Positions 10,905 to 20,907 are shown, numbered from the stretch's first letter. The stretch is DNA of 64,000 nt from Candidatus Curtissbacteria bacterium (GCA_038326365.1 JBBQJY010000002.1:17960-81959), one strand, 5' to 3'. Notes: generated by a model not told the origin, from the sequence alone. A program made the numbers and translations.

Positions 10905-11443
10905 AAAATAATAAAGGCTTCAGTTTAATAGAACTTCTAGTCGTAGTTGCTTTAATCGGCATACTTTCGGCAGTTGGCATCGGCACATTCCAATCTGCAC
11001 AAAGAAAAGGGCGCGACGCACAAAGAAAAAACGACTTAAGCCAGATTAAAAAAACTCTTATAGCCGCCCGTTCAGATTGCAAAGGAGGCAATTTTCCAAT
11101 CGGAACTTCCACAACCCCAGAAGATACAGCTTATACAGCCCTTACAACTTATCTTGTTTCACAAAATTATCTAAAAGCCGCTTTAATCGACCCAAAAAAT
11201 AATAATCCCTATGTGTATGGTCTAACCGTTCCCTCTTCGACTGCACAGGTTTGTCCCGACACGACAACAACTTATAACGAGGATGGCACCACAGCATTTG
11301 TATTAAGATCTCCTCTTGAACAAGGAACAAATGATCCTCAAGCTGGCGCATCTTTTACACGTTGCTCAAACATTATCGCAACAACAGCCTTAAATGGAAC
11401 GGCTTCCGCAATTGATGGTTATTACTACGTTTGCAGTAATTAA
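10901..11443 (+). CDS. type IV pilin / GspG-like prepilin 2
   Basis: KG|FSLIELLVVVALIGIL; ATGA overlap with pilin 1. Confidence 0.92.
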   Translation: MKNNKGFSLIELLVVVALIGILSAVGIGTFQSAQRKGRDAQRKNDLSQIKKTLIAARSDCKGGNFPIGTSTTPEDTAYTALTTYLVSQNYLKAALIDPKNNNPYVYGLTVPSSTAQVCPDTTTTYNEDGTTAFVLRSPLEQGTNDPQAGASFTRCSNIIATTALNGTASAIDGYYYVCSN

Positions 11444-11444
11444 G

Positions 11445-11473
11445 TTGACAAATAACCCACCCCGTTCGACAAT
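11445..11473 (+). promoter_or_regulatory. sigma70 promoter (leaderless type) for pilin 3
   Basis: TTGACA-17 nt-GACAAT, 7 nt before ATG 11481. Confidence 0.6.
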
Positions 11474-11480
11474 TAAACCA

Positions 11481-12008
11481 ATGCCCTTTCTTTCTAGACG
11501 TAAACTTGGTTTCACCCTTATCGAGCTTCTAGTAACTATTGCCATCATTGGTATCCTTGCTTCCCTCGGCACTTTTGCATACACAGACAGTCAAAAGAAA
11601 GGCCGCGACACCAAAAGAAAATCAGACGTTGAGGCCATTAAACGAAGCCTAGAGTTGATGAAGCAAGACTCAGCTGGTGCCTATTCATACCCCACTTGTA
11701 TTACTTATGGTACTCCAAGCGCTGTAAGCTGTTATCTGGACGACCCCGGATCAGGAAGTAATGCCAACGGGCCAGATATGATTCCATCAAGCGGAACACC
11801 CTACATAAAAGCCTTGCCCAAAGATCCAAAGACTAGTAATTACTACGCATATTTCCCAACGGGGCCTGCTTCTCCCTGCACGTCTGGGGCCTGCACCTCA
11901 TTTTCAATCGTTGCTTGCCTTGAGAATCTAAAAGACCCCCAGAGAGACAGCCCAAATATTGCTCCTTGTGACGGCACAACTAATTGGAGCTACACCATCA
12001 AACCTTAG
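11481..12008 (+). CDS. type IV pilin / GspG-like prepilin 3
   Basis: LG|FTLIELLVTIAIIGIL; LPKDP motif; Cys-rich C-terminus. Confidence 0.92.
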   Translation: MPFLSRRKLGFTLIELLVTIAIIGILASLGTFAYTDSQKKGRDTKRKSDVEAIKRSLELMKQDSAGAYSYPTCITYGTPSAVSCYLDDPGSGSNANGPDMIPSSGTPYIKALPKDPKTSNYYAYFPTGPASPCTSGACTSFSIVACLENLKDPQRDSPNIAPCDGTTNWSYTIKP

Positions 12009-12009
12009 C

Positions 12010-12609
12010 GTGACCTCCTTCAACTCTTCCAAAAAAGGCTTTACCTTAATTGAACTGCTAATGACCATTATGCTAATCGGTATACTATCTGCTCTTGGTT
12101 TTTATGCTTTTACTTCTGCCCAACAAAAAGCCAGGGATGGGAAAAGAAAAACGGATTTAGCCGAAGTTAAAAAAGCCCTGGAACATGCTAAAAACGATTG
12201 TAAAGCAGGATCATATTACCCAGTCGGGTCACCCTCTACTATGGGTTACGAGAAAAATGGTTACACCTGGTTAAAAAACTATCTCACCAACAACAATCTT
12301 CAATATTTAGGAGAAGGTTTAGACGACCCCCAAAGCAATGCAGGTAATTTCTACGCTTATGATGTAGCTGAATTAAATAATAACGTTTGTCCAATATCTA
12401 CGCTAGCATTGACAAACAAAGGCACAAAAACCTGGATTCTAAGAGTAAAACTCGAACTAGGTTCAAGAGATCCAGACAATGCAAGAACATTTAATACTTG
12501 CTCAGATAAAATCACCACTATTAATTTAGCGTGGGGTGGTTCTTATTTTATTGGCAGCAACCCAGTTCCTTCTGCAAGCGACGGTTACTATTACGTCTGC
12601 AACGATTAG
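12010..12609 (+). CDS. type IV pilin / GspG-like prepilin 4
   Basis: KG|FTLIELLMTIMLIGIL; GTG start assumed. Confidence 0.9.
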   Translation: MTSFNSSKKGFTLIELLMTIMLIGILSALGFYAFTSAQQKARDGKRKTDLAEVKKALEHAKNDCKAGSYYPVGSPSTMGYEKNGYTWLKNYLTNNNLQYLGEGLDDPQSNAGNFYAYDVAELNNNVCPISTLALTNKGTKTWILRVKLELGSRDPDNARTFNTCSDKITTINLAWGGSYFIGSNPVPSASDGYYYVCND

Positions 12610-13133
12610 AGTGAGTTGAAAAGAACTATTGCCAAGGAGACCATTACATTAAGAGAGATGTTTACTCCATACACTGGAATTTCCACCATCGTATCGCAAA
12701 TTTTTAAAGTCTCTTTCGAAATTCCCCTAGTTTCGTGGCCAACAACAAAAGCAAGAGGCAACGAATAATTTGCAGCCTTAAACTCCACACTTCCCTTCCC
12801 TTGCTCAACAGCAAACACTTTTAAATTTTTAACTCTACTTTTTAAAACTTTAATCGCTGCCTCAGCCGTCTTTTCATATTGCCAAGGTACCCATTTGTCG
12901 CACCCAACAGACGCTTTTGCAATTTGAGAATTTGGTGGCGTTTCACTTCCTCCACACAAGTAAACACAACTCGCTCCCACAGCGTCAGCTAAGCGAAAAA
13001 TTGCTCCAACATTGTAGGTATCCATTACGTCCTCGCAAATTATGTAAATTTCGCGTCTCTTTATTTTTAAAATATCCTCAGGCGTTGGCGTACTGACTCT
13101 TAGCTCCTTTGCCGCCAGCTTTATTTTATCCAT
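12606..13133 (-). CDS. SpoU/TrmH family RNA methyltransferase
   Basis: NVGAIFRLADAVG, VGHETRGIS, SLNVMVS SPOUT motifs. Confidence 0.9.
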   Translation of the reverse strand: MDKIKLAAKELRVSTPTPEDILKIKRREIYIICEDVMDTYNVGAIFRLADAVGASCVYLCGGSETPPNSQIAKASVGCDKWVPWQYEKTAEAAIKVLKSRVKNLKVFAVEQGKGSVEFKAANYSLPLAFVVGHETRGISKETLKICDTMVEIPVYGVNISLNVMVSLAIVLFNSL

Positions 13134-13172
13134 AGAAGGAATTCTACAATTTTTTAGGGTATTATTAAATTA

Positions 13173-13604
13173 ATGCCCACTAAAAAAGGCTTTACGCTTA
13201 TCGAAATCCTCGTAGTAATTGGGGTAATTGGAATAATTGTTGCTGCAGGTTCTGTGGCCTATTCTAATTCACAAGAGAAAAGTAAAGACAAAAGGAGAAA
13301 GTCCGATATAGAAGCCATTCGGCAAGCACTTGTTATTGCCAAACAAGATGATGGCTACTATAAAATCGACCTAACATCTCTGACTCCAAAATATATCAAA
13401 AGCATCCCACAAGACCCGGTCACTAACCAAAATTATATCTTTGTGCCTGGTCCAACTATACCTCTATGCGATAACACCTCAACATATTGCACAAACTTTA
13501 CATTGACAACTTGTCTGGAAAATGCCAACGACCCCCAGCAGGACTCATCAAAAAACAGCTCCTGCTCAACACCTGCAAGCTACACGCTCACTTCACCTCA
13601 ATAA
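13173..13604 (+). CDS. type IV pilin / GspG-like prepilin 5
   Basis: KG|FTLIEILVVIGVIGII; IPQDP; CLEN..DPQ shared with pilin 3. Confidence 0.92.
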   Translation: MPTKKGFTLIEILVVIGVIGIIVAAGSVAYSNSQEKSKDKRRKSDIEAIRQALVIAKQDDGYYKIDLTSLTPKYIKSIPQDPVTNQNYIFVPGPTIPLCDNTSTYCTNFTLTTCLENANDPQQDSSKNSSCSTPASYTLTSPQ

Positions 13605-13605
13605 G

Positions 13606-15378
13606 CTATTTGACAGTTACCGATTTTGCTATGTTTCTTGGCCTATCAACATTATGGCCCAGTCCAAGAGCCAAGTAGTACGCCAAAAGCTGCAAGGGAA
13701 CAACATTCATAATAGAGCTAACCTCCTCAAGATCCCCAACTTTCAAAAAATAATCAAATTCACGGCTAACAAGAGATGAAATTCCAACAACGTAGGCACC
13801 CCTGGCCTTAACCTGACTTACCGAATTTAATACATCCGCGCGCACAGAATCAGCAGAAACAGCCACAATAACCACTACACCCTTTTCCATTAAAGTTATG
13901 GCGTAATGTTTCAGATCTCCGGCCGGCATGGCGTGAGCATGTTTGTAACTCGTTTCAATCAGCTTAACCATTCCCTCGCGAATAATTTGAAAATTCTGCG
14001 CCTTTCCAAGCAGGTATATATCGTCCTCTTCCATCAGCAACTTTGCCAAGTCCCGAACAGACTTTATGTTTTTGGCATCATCTAAATATTTTTTAATTGC
14101 TTTAGAAAGATTCTTAATGTTTCCCATTCCCTCGCCGTACTTTCCCCGAATTGTTTTTGCAAGCAAATACCCCCAAGCAATATGAGCAACAAAAACTTTT
14201 GTGGAAACTACACTAACTTCCGGCCCAGCCCCAGTCATAAATTTAAAGTCAGAAAGTTTTGTCATCATCGAACCCGGCATGTTAACGTTCGATGCAATTT
14301 TAACGCCTCGCTTTTTGGCAATCTCAATTACCTCTAAAACATCAGCTGTTTCTCCGCTCTGAGAAGGTGCAATCATCAGATCCCCTTTTTGAAATAAATC
14401 GTAGCATTCGTAAGCGTCCGCACCCACCAAACTAATGGCATTAACTTTGGCAAAATGGCGCAAAAAATAAGCAATTTGTGCAGCCGCGATGCCGGTTGTA
14501 CCTGAACCAATCGTATAGACGTTTTTGGAACGAATAACGAAGCGAGAAAGGTCCATAAGCGCCTTTTTATCCTGGTTTGCAACCTGATCAACTACTTGGG
14601 GTATTTCAAAAATTTCTTTGATCATAAAGTGGTCAAATCCTTCTTTGCCCACCTTATGACTCTTCACATCAACTTTTTCCCAGCTAACTTTCTCCCTTCG
14701 TCCGCTTTTAATGCCAAAAAGTCCAATTGCAGATCCGTCTGATTCAACCATTTGGCCATTTTCAACAACAATCATTTTTGTGGCTAAGTTTGCAAAAGAT
14801 AAAGTGTCCGAAGAAAAAAGCAATTCACCTTCGCTATTTGTACCAATAATAAGAGGCGATCCGTTTCGACAAGCAATTATTTTGCCAAATTCATCAAGTA
14901 CAATAATTGTATTTCGCCCATCAAGTTCTAAAAATGCCGCCCTAACGGCTTCTCGAAAGTCTTTAATTTTTTTTAATTTCTCTTCAATCAAGCGAACAAT
15001 AACTTCAGTGTCCGTTTCTGTTTGAAATTTGAAACCTTTGTTAAAAAGCCTAGATTTTAAAGTTTGAAAATTTTCAACAATTCCGTTTTGTGCAACTACA
15101 AAGTTGTTGTGTGTCGATGTATGCGGATGCGCATTTTTTAGAGTAACTCCCCCATGAGTTGCCCACCGTGTATGACCAATTCCTACAGAAGATTTAGGCA
15201 GCCCAAGTTCAACAACTTCTCCGATTGCTCCAACTTTTTTAACGGATGCAATTTTACCAAGTGTCAAAACAGCAACACCCCAAGAGTCATAACCGCGATA
15301 TTCCAACCTTTTGAGACCTTCCAGGATAACCTTTGCCGCATCATGCCGACGGCCAGCATATCCAAAAATTCCGCACAT
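13606..15378 (-). CDS. glmS: glutamine--fructose-6-phosphate aminotransferase
   Basis: MCGIFG, LEYRGYDS, GHTRWATHG, SQSGETAD, PRNIAKSVTV. Confidence 0.97.
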   Translation of the reverse strand: MCGIFGYAGRRHDAAKVILEGLKRLEYRGYDSWGVAVLTLGKIASVKKVGAIGEVVELGLPKSSVGIGHTRWATHGGVTLKNAHPHTSTHNNFVVAQNGIVENFQTLKSRLFNKGFKFQTETDTEVIVRLIEEKLKKIKDFREAVRAAFLELDGRNTIIVLDEFGKIIACRNGSPLIIGTNSEGELLFSSDTLSFANLATKMIVVENGQMVESDGSAIGLFGIKSGRREKVSWEKVDVKSHKVGKEGFDHFMIKEIFEIPQVVDQVANQDKKALMDLSRFVIRSKNVYTIGSGTTGIAAAQIAYFLRHFAKVNAISLVGADAYECYDLFQKGDLMIAPSQSGETADVLEVIEIAKKRGVKIASNVNMPGSMMTKLSDFKFMTGAGPEVSVVSTKVFVAHIAWGYLLAKTIRGKYGEGMGNIKNLSKAIKKYLDDAKNIKSVRDLAKLLMEEDDIYLLGKAQNFQIIREGMVKLIETSYKHAHAMPAGDLKHYAITLMEKGVVVIVAVSADSVRADVLNSVSQVKARGAYVVGISSLVSREFDYFLKVGDLEEVSSIMNVVPLQLLAYYLALGLGHNVDRPRNIAKSVTVK

Positions 15379-15395
15379 AGAGGGGATTTTATTCT

Positions 15396-16010
15396 TTAAG
15401 AAGCTTTATGTAAAGGATAGTCCCGAGCCTCGATTATCGATATTTCGGGCACCTTTTTATACTTCTTGTTCTTAACTAAATATGGTTTTCCATTTTTTTC
15501 AACGACGTAGTAACAAAAACCCTGCATTCGCCGTACAGCCTCATAATCGGCGTGGCCAGGCAAAGAAACTGGATCAACATCGTCAAAGTTAACTGGCGAA
15601 TCATCAGCTGTCACGAAAAATGTCTTCGAAATATTTGCAACGAGATGTCCCCACTCAGCCGGAATAAATAAAGCATCGCCGGTCCTAACATGAACCGCAT
15701 ATGCCTCATCTATTTCATCATCTTTTGGCTTGCCCCCGTTATCGATTGCTCGCTTCTGAACCAAAACTATTCCTTCTCCAAAAATTACCCAATAAGTTTC
15801 ATCTAATTTACCAACATGGTAATGTCCATAAGTTTTGATGTACTCTCCTCCAACTGTCCCCGGTTCCCAAACTGTAATATTTCGCTGATCACTTCCTCCT
15901 CGAACCATATGGTAGTGAATTGCCAAACCTTGTGCATTTGGGTCCATGAGGACTTCTTGCATTTTTTCCTGAGTTCGAGAAGCATAATGTTTAAGCGTAA
16001 AATCTTTCAT
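15396..16010 (-). CDS. cupin-type glucose-6-phosphate isomerase family protein
   Basis: EYIKTYGHYH...ETY....GEG and IPAEWGHLVAN cupin PGI motifs. Confidence 0.8.
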   Translation of the reverse strand: MKDFTLKHYASRTQEKMQEVLMDPNAQGLAIHYHMVRGGSDQRNITVWEPGTVGGEYIKTYGHYHVGKLDETYWVIFGEGIVLVQKRAIDNGGKPKDDEIDEAYAVHVRTGDALFIPAEWGHLVANISKTFFVTADDSPVNFDDVDPVSLPGHADYEAVRRMQGFCYYVVEKNGKPYLVKNKKYKKVPEISIIEARDYPLHKAS

Positions 16011-16450
16011 ACTTTACCTTTATTTCTCAGTTCTCTCTCCCTGGCATCTTCATTTCTGCCGGCGCGGCTATAGTCGTCCTCAAGTCTAAATGTCTTACCA
16101 GTCTCAGGCATTGAGACCTCGATAACGTCACAGTTGGTTATTCCTTTTATCCTATGCTTTTGACCAACCTCAAGATTATATCCAGTGCCGGCTTTCATCT
16201 CAATCTCTTCCATTTCCCCATCTGCTCCCTCCCAACTAAGGAGCGCTCGCCCACTCATCAAGAACCAACTTTCCATCTTTTTATCATGGTATTGAAGAGA
16301 AAACCTGTGCCCCTGATTAAAGTGCAGAATTTTCCCCATATATGGCTTACTATCCTCTACCCAATGGATTTCCCAACCCCATGGCTTCTCCACGCGTCTA
16401 GCGTACGGTTTATTTACAAACTTTGACTTGTGGGGTTTTGGCTTCGACAC
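16007..16450 (-). CDS. cupin domain protein (mannose-6-phosphate isomerase-like)
   Basis: VEKPWGWE, SLQYHDKKMESW, KHRI, IEVS; start moved to GTG 16450 to avoid overlapping uppS. Confidence 0.85.
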   Translation of the reverse strand: MSKPKPHKSKFVNKPYARRVEKPWGWEIHWVEDSKPYMGKILHFNQGHRFSLQYHDKKMESWFLMSGRALLSWEGADGEMEEIEMKAGTGYNLEVGQKHRIKGITNCDVIEVSMPETGKTFRLEDDYSRAGRNEDARERELRNKGKV

Positions 16451-16454
16451 TATT

Positions 16455-17159
16455 TTATTGTCCGAATCTTCGCTGTCGCGCAGAGTAATTACCAATTGCA
16501 CGCTTAAGCTCAGCCAAGGAAAAATCCGGAAAAAGTAGCTTGGAGAAAAATAACTCTGTATATGTAGTTTGCCAAGGCATAATGCCAGATGTTCGCATTT
16601 CACCAGAGGTTCGAATCAAAAGATCGGGGTCTGGCATACCAACCGTCTGCATGTTTTTATTTATCATCTCTTCAGTAACTTGAGATGCTTTTACTCCCTT
16701 TTTAACAATTCGCTTCACTGCATCTACGATTTCGTCATGTCCACCATAGTCAATGCAGATATTAAGAAGGTAATCACGGTTCTTGGCGGTATCCTTTTCC
16801 ATTTTAATCAGCATTTGCTTGAGAGCAGCCGGTACTCTATCTCTCCTACCAAGCCATTTGAACCTAACTCCCTCACTAACAAGTTCTTTTAAATGTCTCT
16901 TAAAAAACCAAAGGTATATCTTCATAAGGTATTTGACTTCTTTTTCGCTTCTCTTCCAGTTTTCGGTCGAGAAACCCCAGAGCGTCAATATTCGCACCCC
17001 TAAACCCTTCGACTCTCGTACAATAGACAAAGCCGTATCCAGGCCCCTCTTGTGGCCTTCAATAGGCTCAAGGCCGTGCTTCTTGGCCCACCTGCGATTG
17101 CCATCTGGAATAATTACGAGGTGTTTTGGGACTTGTACTTTTGATTCTCTGTTGGACAT
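16455..17159 (-). CDS. uppS: undecaprenyl diphosphate synthase (cis-prenyltransferase)
   Basis: IPDGNRRWA, FSTENWKRS, DLLIRTSGEMRTS, RQRRFG. Confidence 0.96.
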   Translation of the reverse strand: MSNRESKVQVPKHLVIIPDGNRRWAKKHGLEPIEGHKRGLDTALSIVRESKGLGVRILTLWGFSTENWKRSEKEVKYLMKIYLWFFKRHLKELVSEGVRFKWLGRRDRVPAALKQMLIKMEKDTAKNRDYLLNICIDYGGHDEIVDAVKRIVKKGVKASQVTEEMINKNMQTVGMPDPDLLIRTSGEMRTSGIMPWQTTYTELFFSKLLFPDFSLAELKRAIGNYSARQRRFGQ

Positions 17160-17232
17160 TTTTTCCAAAAAAATAGCGGGCTGATTCTATTTGGTAATGA
17201 CAAGAATATCAAAAATGCAGCTTGCTTTCAAC

Positions 17233-18780
17233 TTAACTCGCCCGCCCAACAATAAAATCGGCCATTTCTAAATATATTTGCACAAGTTTTTGCTCTTTTG
17301 TAATCAAAGTTATCCCTTGCTTTGCACTTTTAACCAAATTAATCTTCGTCTCCTCAACTTTAGATAGTGCTCCGCAAGATGACAAAATATTCTTGACTAA
17401 ATTAAGATCTTCAACGTTTGCGTCTGGCTTCCCCCACAATTTTTTGAGCTTCTTTCTGTTAAAATCATTTGCCAAACTAAAACCTTTTGCAATAAGTAGT
17501 GTATTTTTTCCTTCACAAATATCCGAAAGAATCGACTTACCAATTATTTTTTCATCTCCAAAAACCCCCAGCACATCATCATGAAGCTGAAAAGCCCGCC
17601 CGGCATAGTAACCAAATTTGGAAATTGCAGCAAGTTGTGCCCTGGTACCTCCCGCCAGTGTTGACCCAACTGAAAGTGGGCAGATAACGCTGTATTTACC
17701 TGTTTTATTGTCCAAAATCTCCCAGATTATTGCCTCTGTAGGCTCCTTTTGTGAGTAGAAAACATCCAAAGCCTGACCAAACCCCGTGTCCAGAGATGAC
17801 GAAAGAACAAAGTTTAGCACTTTATTTTTAGTCTCCGGATCAAAATTAGACTCACTAATTAATTTGAATGCTTCAAAAGCGGCGATATCCCCAATCAAAA
17901 TTCCAACAGAAACACCAAAATGCTCACCAAACTTTGAATATTTTTTATGGATGCTGGGCTTTCCACGTCTAATATCGGCCCGATCCATGATGTCGTCGTG
18001 GATTAAAAAAAACGAATGCAGTATTTCCAAAGCAAGAGCAATCGGCAAAACTTTTTTTATATCTGCCTTGTTTCCGCGGGCGGATAAAAATCCAAGGTAG
18101 ACCAAAAATGCCCGCAACTTTTTACCGCCGCGGGTAAACTCTTCTAAGTCACGATAAAAATTGAGAATTTCCCTGTGTTTTGAATTATTCTTTTGTTTCT
18201 TTTGGAAAAATTCTTTTCGATATCCTTCGTATTTTATTAAAAATTGAGAAAGTTCTTCCAAAAATAAATTAGTTTTTGGCAATTTATTTACGGCCAACCT
18301 TGCCCAGGGTGTGTATTTTTTTGGATTTTTTCGCAGATCTTGCTTAAATTTACCAAAATCCACCCAGCCGCTTTGGTAAATTTCTTTTGCGTTTTGCCTA
18401 TAAACTCCGTCATAATTGCCCACCAAAATTGCACAATATTCGTTCTCACAATTCTTACCTTCTCTTGCAAAATAGTTAAAAGCGCCAATTTTTTTAACAT
18501 CAACATGACCAATACCCATTTCTTTTGCCAATGCGCGATCACTTGCCTCCTGGTATGATTCTTCTCCTTTTCCATTTTTTAGAGGGTGAGATATTGCAGT
18601 AAAATCCCAAAAACTGTCAAAAAGCCGGTGTTTGCGCTTTTGTAAAAGGACCTGATTTTTGGAATTAAAAAGTAGAGTTACAAAAGCCCTGTGTCGTTTC
18701 CCCCTACCCGTATGGCCCTCCTCAAGAGAGGTGTACCCCAGCTTCTTATCGTTTTTAGATACTAAAATAATTTGGCTCAT
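17233..18780 (-). CDS. fusion of an IDI1-like Nudix domain and a trans-polyprenyl (FPP/GGPP) synthase
   Basis: N-terminal HRAF...LLQKR...SHP...ENEYC; C-terminal GGKKLR, LIHDDIMD, RRGKP, GQALD, KT, FQLHDD. Confidence 0.88.
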   Translation of the reverse strand: MSQIILVSKNDKKLGYTSLEEGHTGRGKRHRAFVTLLFNSKNQVLLQKRKHRLFDSFWDFTAISHPLKNGKGEESYQEASDRALAKEMGIGHVDVKKIGAFNYFAREGKNCENEYCAILVGNYDGVYRQNAKEIYQSGWVDFGKFKQDLRKNPKKYTPWARLAVNKLPKTNLFLEELSQFLIKYEGYRKEFFQKKQKNNSKHREILNFYRDLEEFTRGGKKLRAFLVYLGFLSARGNKADIKKVLPIALALEILHSFFLIHDDIMDRADIRRGKPSIHKKYSKFGEHFGVSVGILIGDIAAFEAFKLISESNFDPETKNKVLNFVLSSSLDTGFGQALDVFYSQKEPTEAIIWEILDNKTGKYSVICPLSVGSTLAGGTRAQLAAISKFGYYAGRAFQLHDDVLGVFGDEKIIGKSILSDICEGKNTLLIAKGFSLANDFNRKKLKKLWGKPDANVEDLNLVKNILSSCGALSKVEETKINLVKSAKQGITLITKEQKLVQIYLEMADFIVGRAS

Positions 18781-18782
18781 TA

Positions 18783-19871
18783 TTAAGCAACCCAACGCAA
18801 TCTCAGCTTTTCAATCTGGTCTTGCGGCAGGTTGAATGTTAATTGCCTTTCCGGCACTACTTGCTCAAGGTAACTGACCCTGACACCCTGTGAACGTTGC
18901 TGAACCCAATCCACTACTGGATTCATATACATATCCAAAACAGACGCCCCAGATGTAACCCCAACCTTATTAATTCCAGCTTGAAACCAGTTTGTTTGCA
19001 ATTCTTCTGGATAATCTACGGAGTACGAGGGTATATTTGCCCATTCACCTCTTCGCTTTAACATTTGAGAATTATGACTATCCGAAGAGCCAACAACTAC
19101 CAAAGCGTCAATTCCTCTTTTAATCATGTCATCGAGCGCTTCTTGTCGATTATGGGTTGCGTAACACAAACCTACTTTATCTGGAACAAATATATCGGGA
19201 TACTTAACCATCAAGCTCTTTTCGATGACATCGACCTCCATTGGCATCAAGGTTGTCTGGGAATAAACAACCCAATCATGCCCACTACCTAAGTCAATTC
19301 TTTTCAAATCTTCCTCACTCTCTATCAAAATGAAGTCCTCACCTCTAACTTTTCCCAATTCCTCAAACTGGCCAAGCACGCTAACCGTTTCTGGGTGCCC
19401 ATCAACACCGATATAGCCCACCTTCTTACCCGCCATAGCAGAGTTCCTAGCCATTGTTTGCACAGCGATAACCAGTGGACAACTTGTATCAACAATATCA
19501 TGGCCCATTTCCTCGGCTAATCTTCTGAACTGCGGAGAGACACTATGAGCAGAAATTACGAGCGCAGACTTCCTTGGAACTAAGGTTAAATCGTTTTTTA
19601 CGCTTACATATCCTCTTCTTCGATACTCAGCCATCTTCGGTACATTGTTTATAAGATCCCAACTTCCGTAAACCAGATGTTTAGGATCAATCTTACCTAT
19701 GTGATCCGCCTCGACACGAAAACCGACAGCTTCATCACGAATATCCAGAACCTGGTCCAGAGCTTCCACTGCCATATTCACTCCTCCGCATGGACCTCGA
19801 TTACCAGCAATTAGGATTTCTTCAACAGAAAATTTTGGGGCTTCGGGGACTACGCCCCTGTCTGGGCTCAT
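18783..19871 (-). CDS. ispH: 4-hydroxy-3-methylbut-2-enyl diphosphate reductase (LytB)
   Basis: Three Fe-S cysteines in GPCGGV, DTSCPLV, LCYATHNRQ; SAH, GHPE, SQTT, GVTSGAS. Confidence 0.9.
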   Translation of the reverse strand: MSPDRGVVPEAPKFSVEEILIAGNRGPCGGVNMAVEALDQVLDIRDEAVGFRVEADHIGKIDPKHLVYGSWDLINNVPKMAEYRRRGYVSVKNDLTLVPRKSALVISAHSVSPQFRRLAEEMGHDIVDTSCPLVIAVQTMARNSAMAGKKVGYIGVDGHPETVSVLGQFEELGKVRGEDFILIESEEDLKRIDLGSGHDWVVYSQTTLMPMEVDVIEKSLMVKYPDIFVPDKVGLCYATHNRQEALDDMIKRGIDALVVVGSSDSHNSQMLKRRGEWANIPSYSVDYPEELQTNWFQAGINKVGVTSGASVLDMYMNPVVDWVQQRSQGVRVSYLEQVVPERQLTFNLPQDQIEKLRLRWVA

Positions 19872-19944
19872 TGGGAGAAAAGATTATAACTCTAATAGCC
19901 AAAAATTGGAAATCGCCGTCCTAATATGCTAAAAAGACCCTCCA

Positions 19945-20907
19945 GTGAACGAAAGACAACTTATTGCTCACCTAAAAGAAACGCTCCAAAAGCCTCAGAT
20001 TTTAGAAAACTGGCTGGACGATGATTGCGAGATCATAAATAGAGGTGATCATTTCCAATTGATTACAGTAGACACCTCGTCCGAAAAAGCTGACTTTCCA
20101 AGTAATGCGCCCCCATTTGAGATTGGTTACTTCTCAACAGCGCTGTCTTTAAGTGATATAGCCGCCTGCGGTGGGGTGCCAGAAGGAATTATGGTTTCTG
20201 TTTCTGTTTCACCCGATTTTGACCCTAAAATAATTGCAGTCTACGATGGTATTAAAAAAGCTGCAAAAGATGCAGTTGCCCCAATCCTTGGTGGTGATTC
20301 AAATTCAGCAGGCGAATTCAGTTTATCTGTTGTGAGTCTAGGCAGAGTCGAGAAAAATAGCATTCTCAAGAGAGGAACAGCTCGCATTGGAGACAAAATA
20401 GGGGTCACAGGAACATTGGATAAGTTTAATACTGGCTACCATCAATACCATCAACACACACTCATAGATTATCAGCTGATGCTTAGGCAAAGCGCGAAAA
20501 TAGAAATCGGACAAATTCTTTCCAGATTTTCCCATTTTGCTGGAGTAACAAGCTGCATCGATCTTCCTGATGGTCTTGCCAAAGCTCTAACAGATAACAC
20601 CAGGGGTAAGTACGGTTACCGTATAAAGGATGACCAAATACCCTTGGAAAATCCCCATACAAACCCTTACAAAACTCGTTTTGAAGCAGCATCAAGACCA
20701 GCCGGAGATCTAGAACTTCTATTTACTGCAGACAAAGACCAAGTCGAAAAAATAAATCTAGAGTTTAGACGAAGTGGCTTGGCAGTTCACTGGATTGGGC
20801 AAGTGACCAAACAACTTGGAATCACTTTAGAAAAAGATGGTGCACTGCACTCCCCTCAAGTAGAGGGCTTTGTTCACAAGTTCGAAGGATATAAACTATT
20901 CTCGTAA
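19945..20907 (+). CDS. ThiL-like (thiamine-monophosphate kinase / PurM superfamily) kinase
   Basis: MNERQLI, DDC, SLSDIAACGG, GGDS, DLPDGLA, ELLFT, GFVH; divergent at the DxSDGL motif. Confidence 0.75.
   Translation: MNERQLIAHLKETLQKPQILENWLDDDCEIINRGDHFQLITVDTSSEKADFPSNAPPFEIGYFSTALSLSDIAACGGVPEGIMVSVSVSPDFDPKIIAVYDGIKKAAKDAVAPILGGDSNSAGEFSLSVVSLGRVEKNSILKRGTARIGDKIGVTGTLDKFNTGYHQYHQHTLIDYQLMLRQSAKIEIGQILSRFSHFAGVTSCIDLPDGLAKALTDNTRGKYGYRIKDDQIPLENPHTNPYKTRFEAASRPAGDLELLFTADKDQVEKINLEFRRSGLAVHWIGQVTKQLGITLEKDGALHSPQVEGFVHKFEGYKLFS

Noticed and set aside
10254-12009. Long N-terminal extensions of the pilin ORFs (starts at 10254, 10886, 11394, 11959)
   Set aside because: They overlap neighbouring genes or promoters; the downstream starts give normal short prepilin leaders
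15379-15395. glmS ribozyme
   Set aside because: Only 17 nt of intergenic space, occupied by a -10 box
16451-16603. N-terminal extension of the cupin ORF
   Set aside because: Overlaps the uppS 3' end; GTG 16450 is a better start
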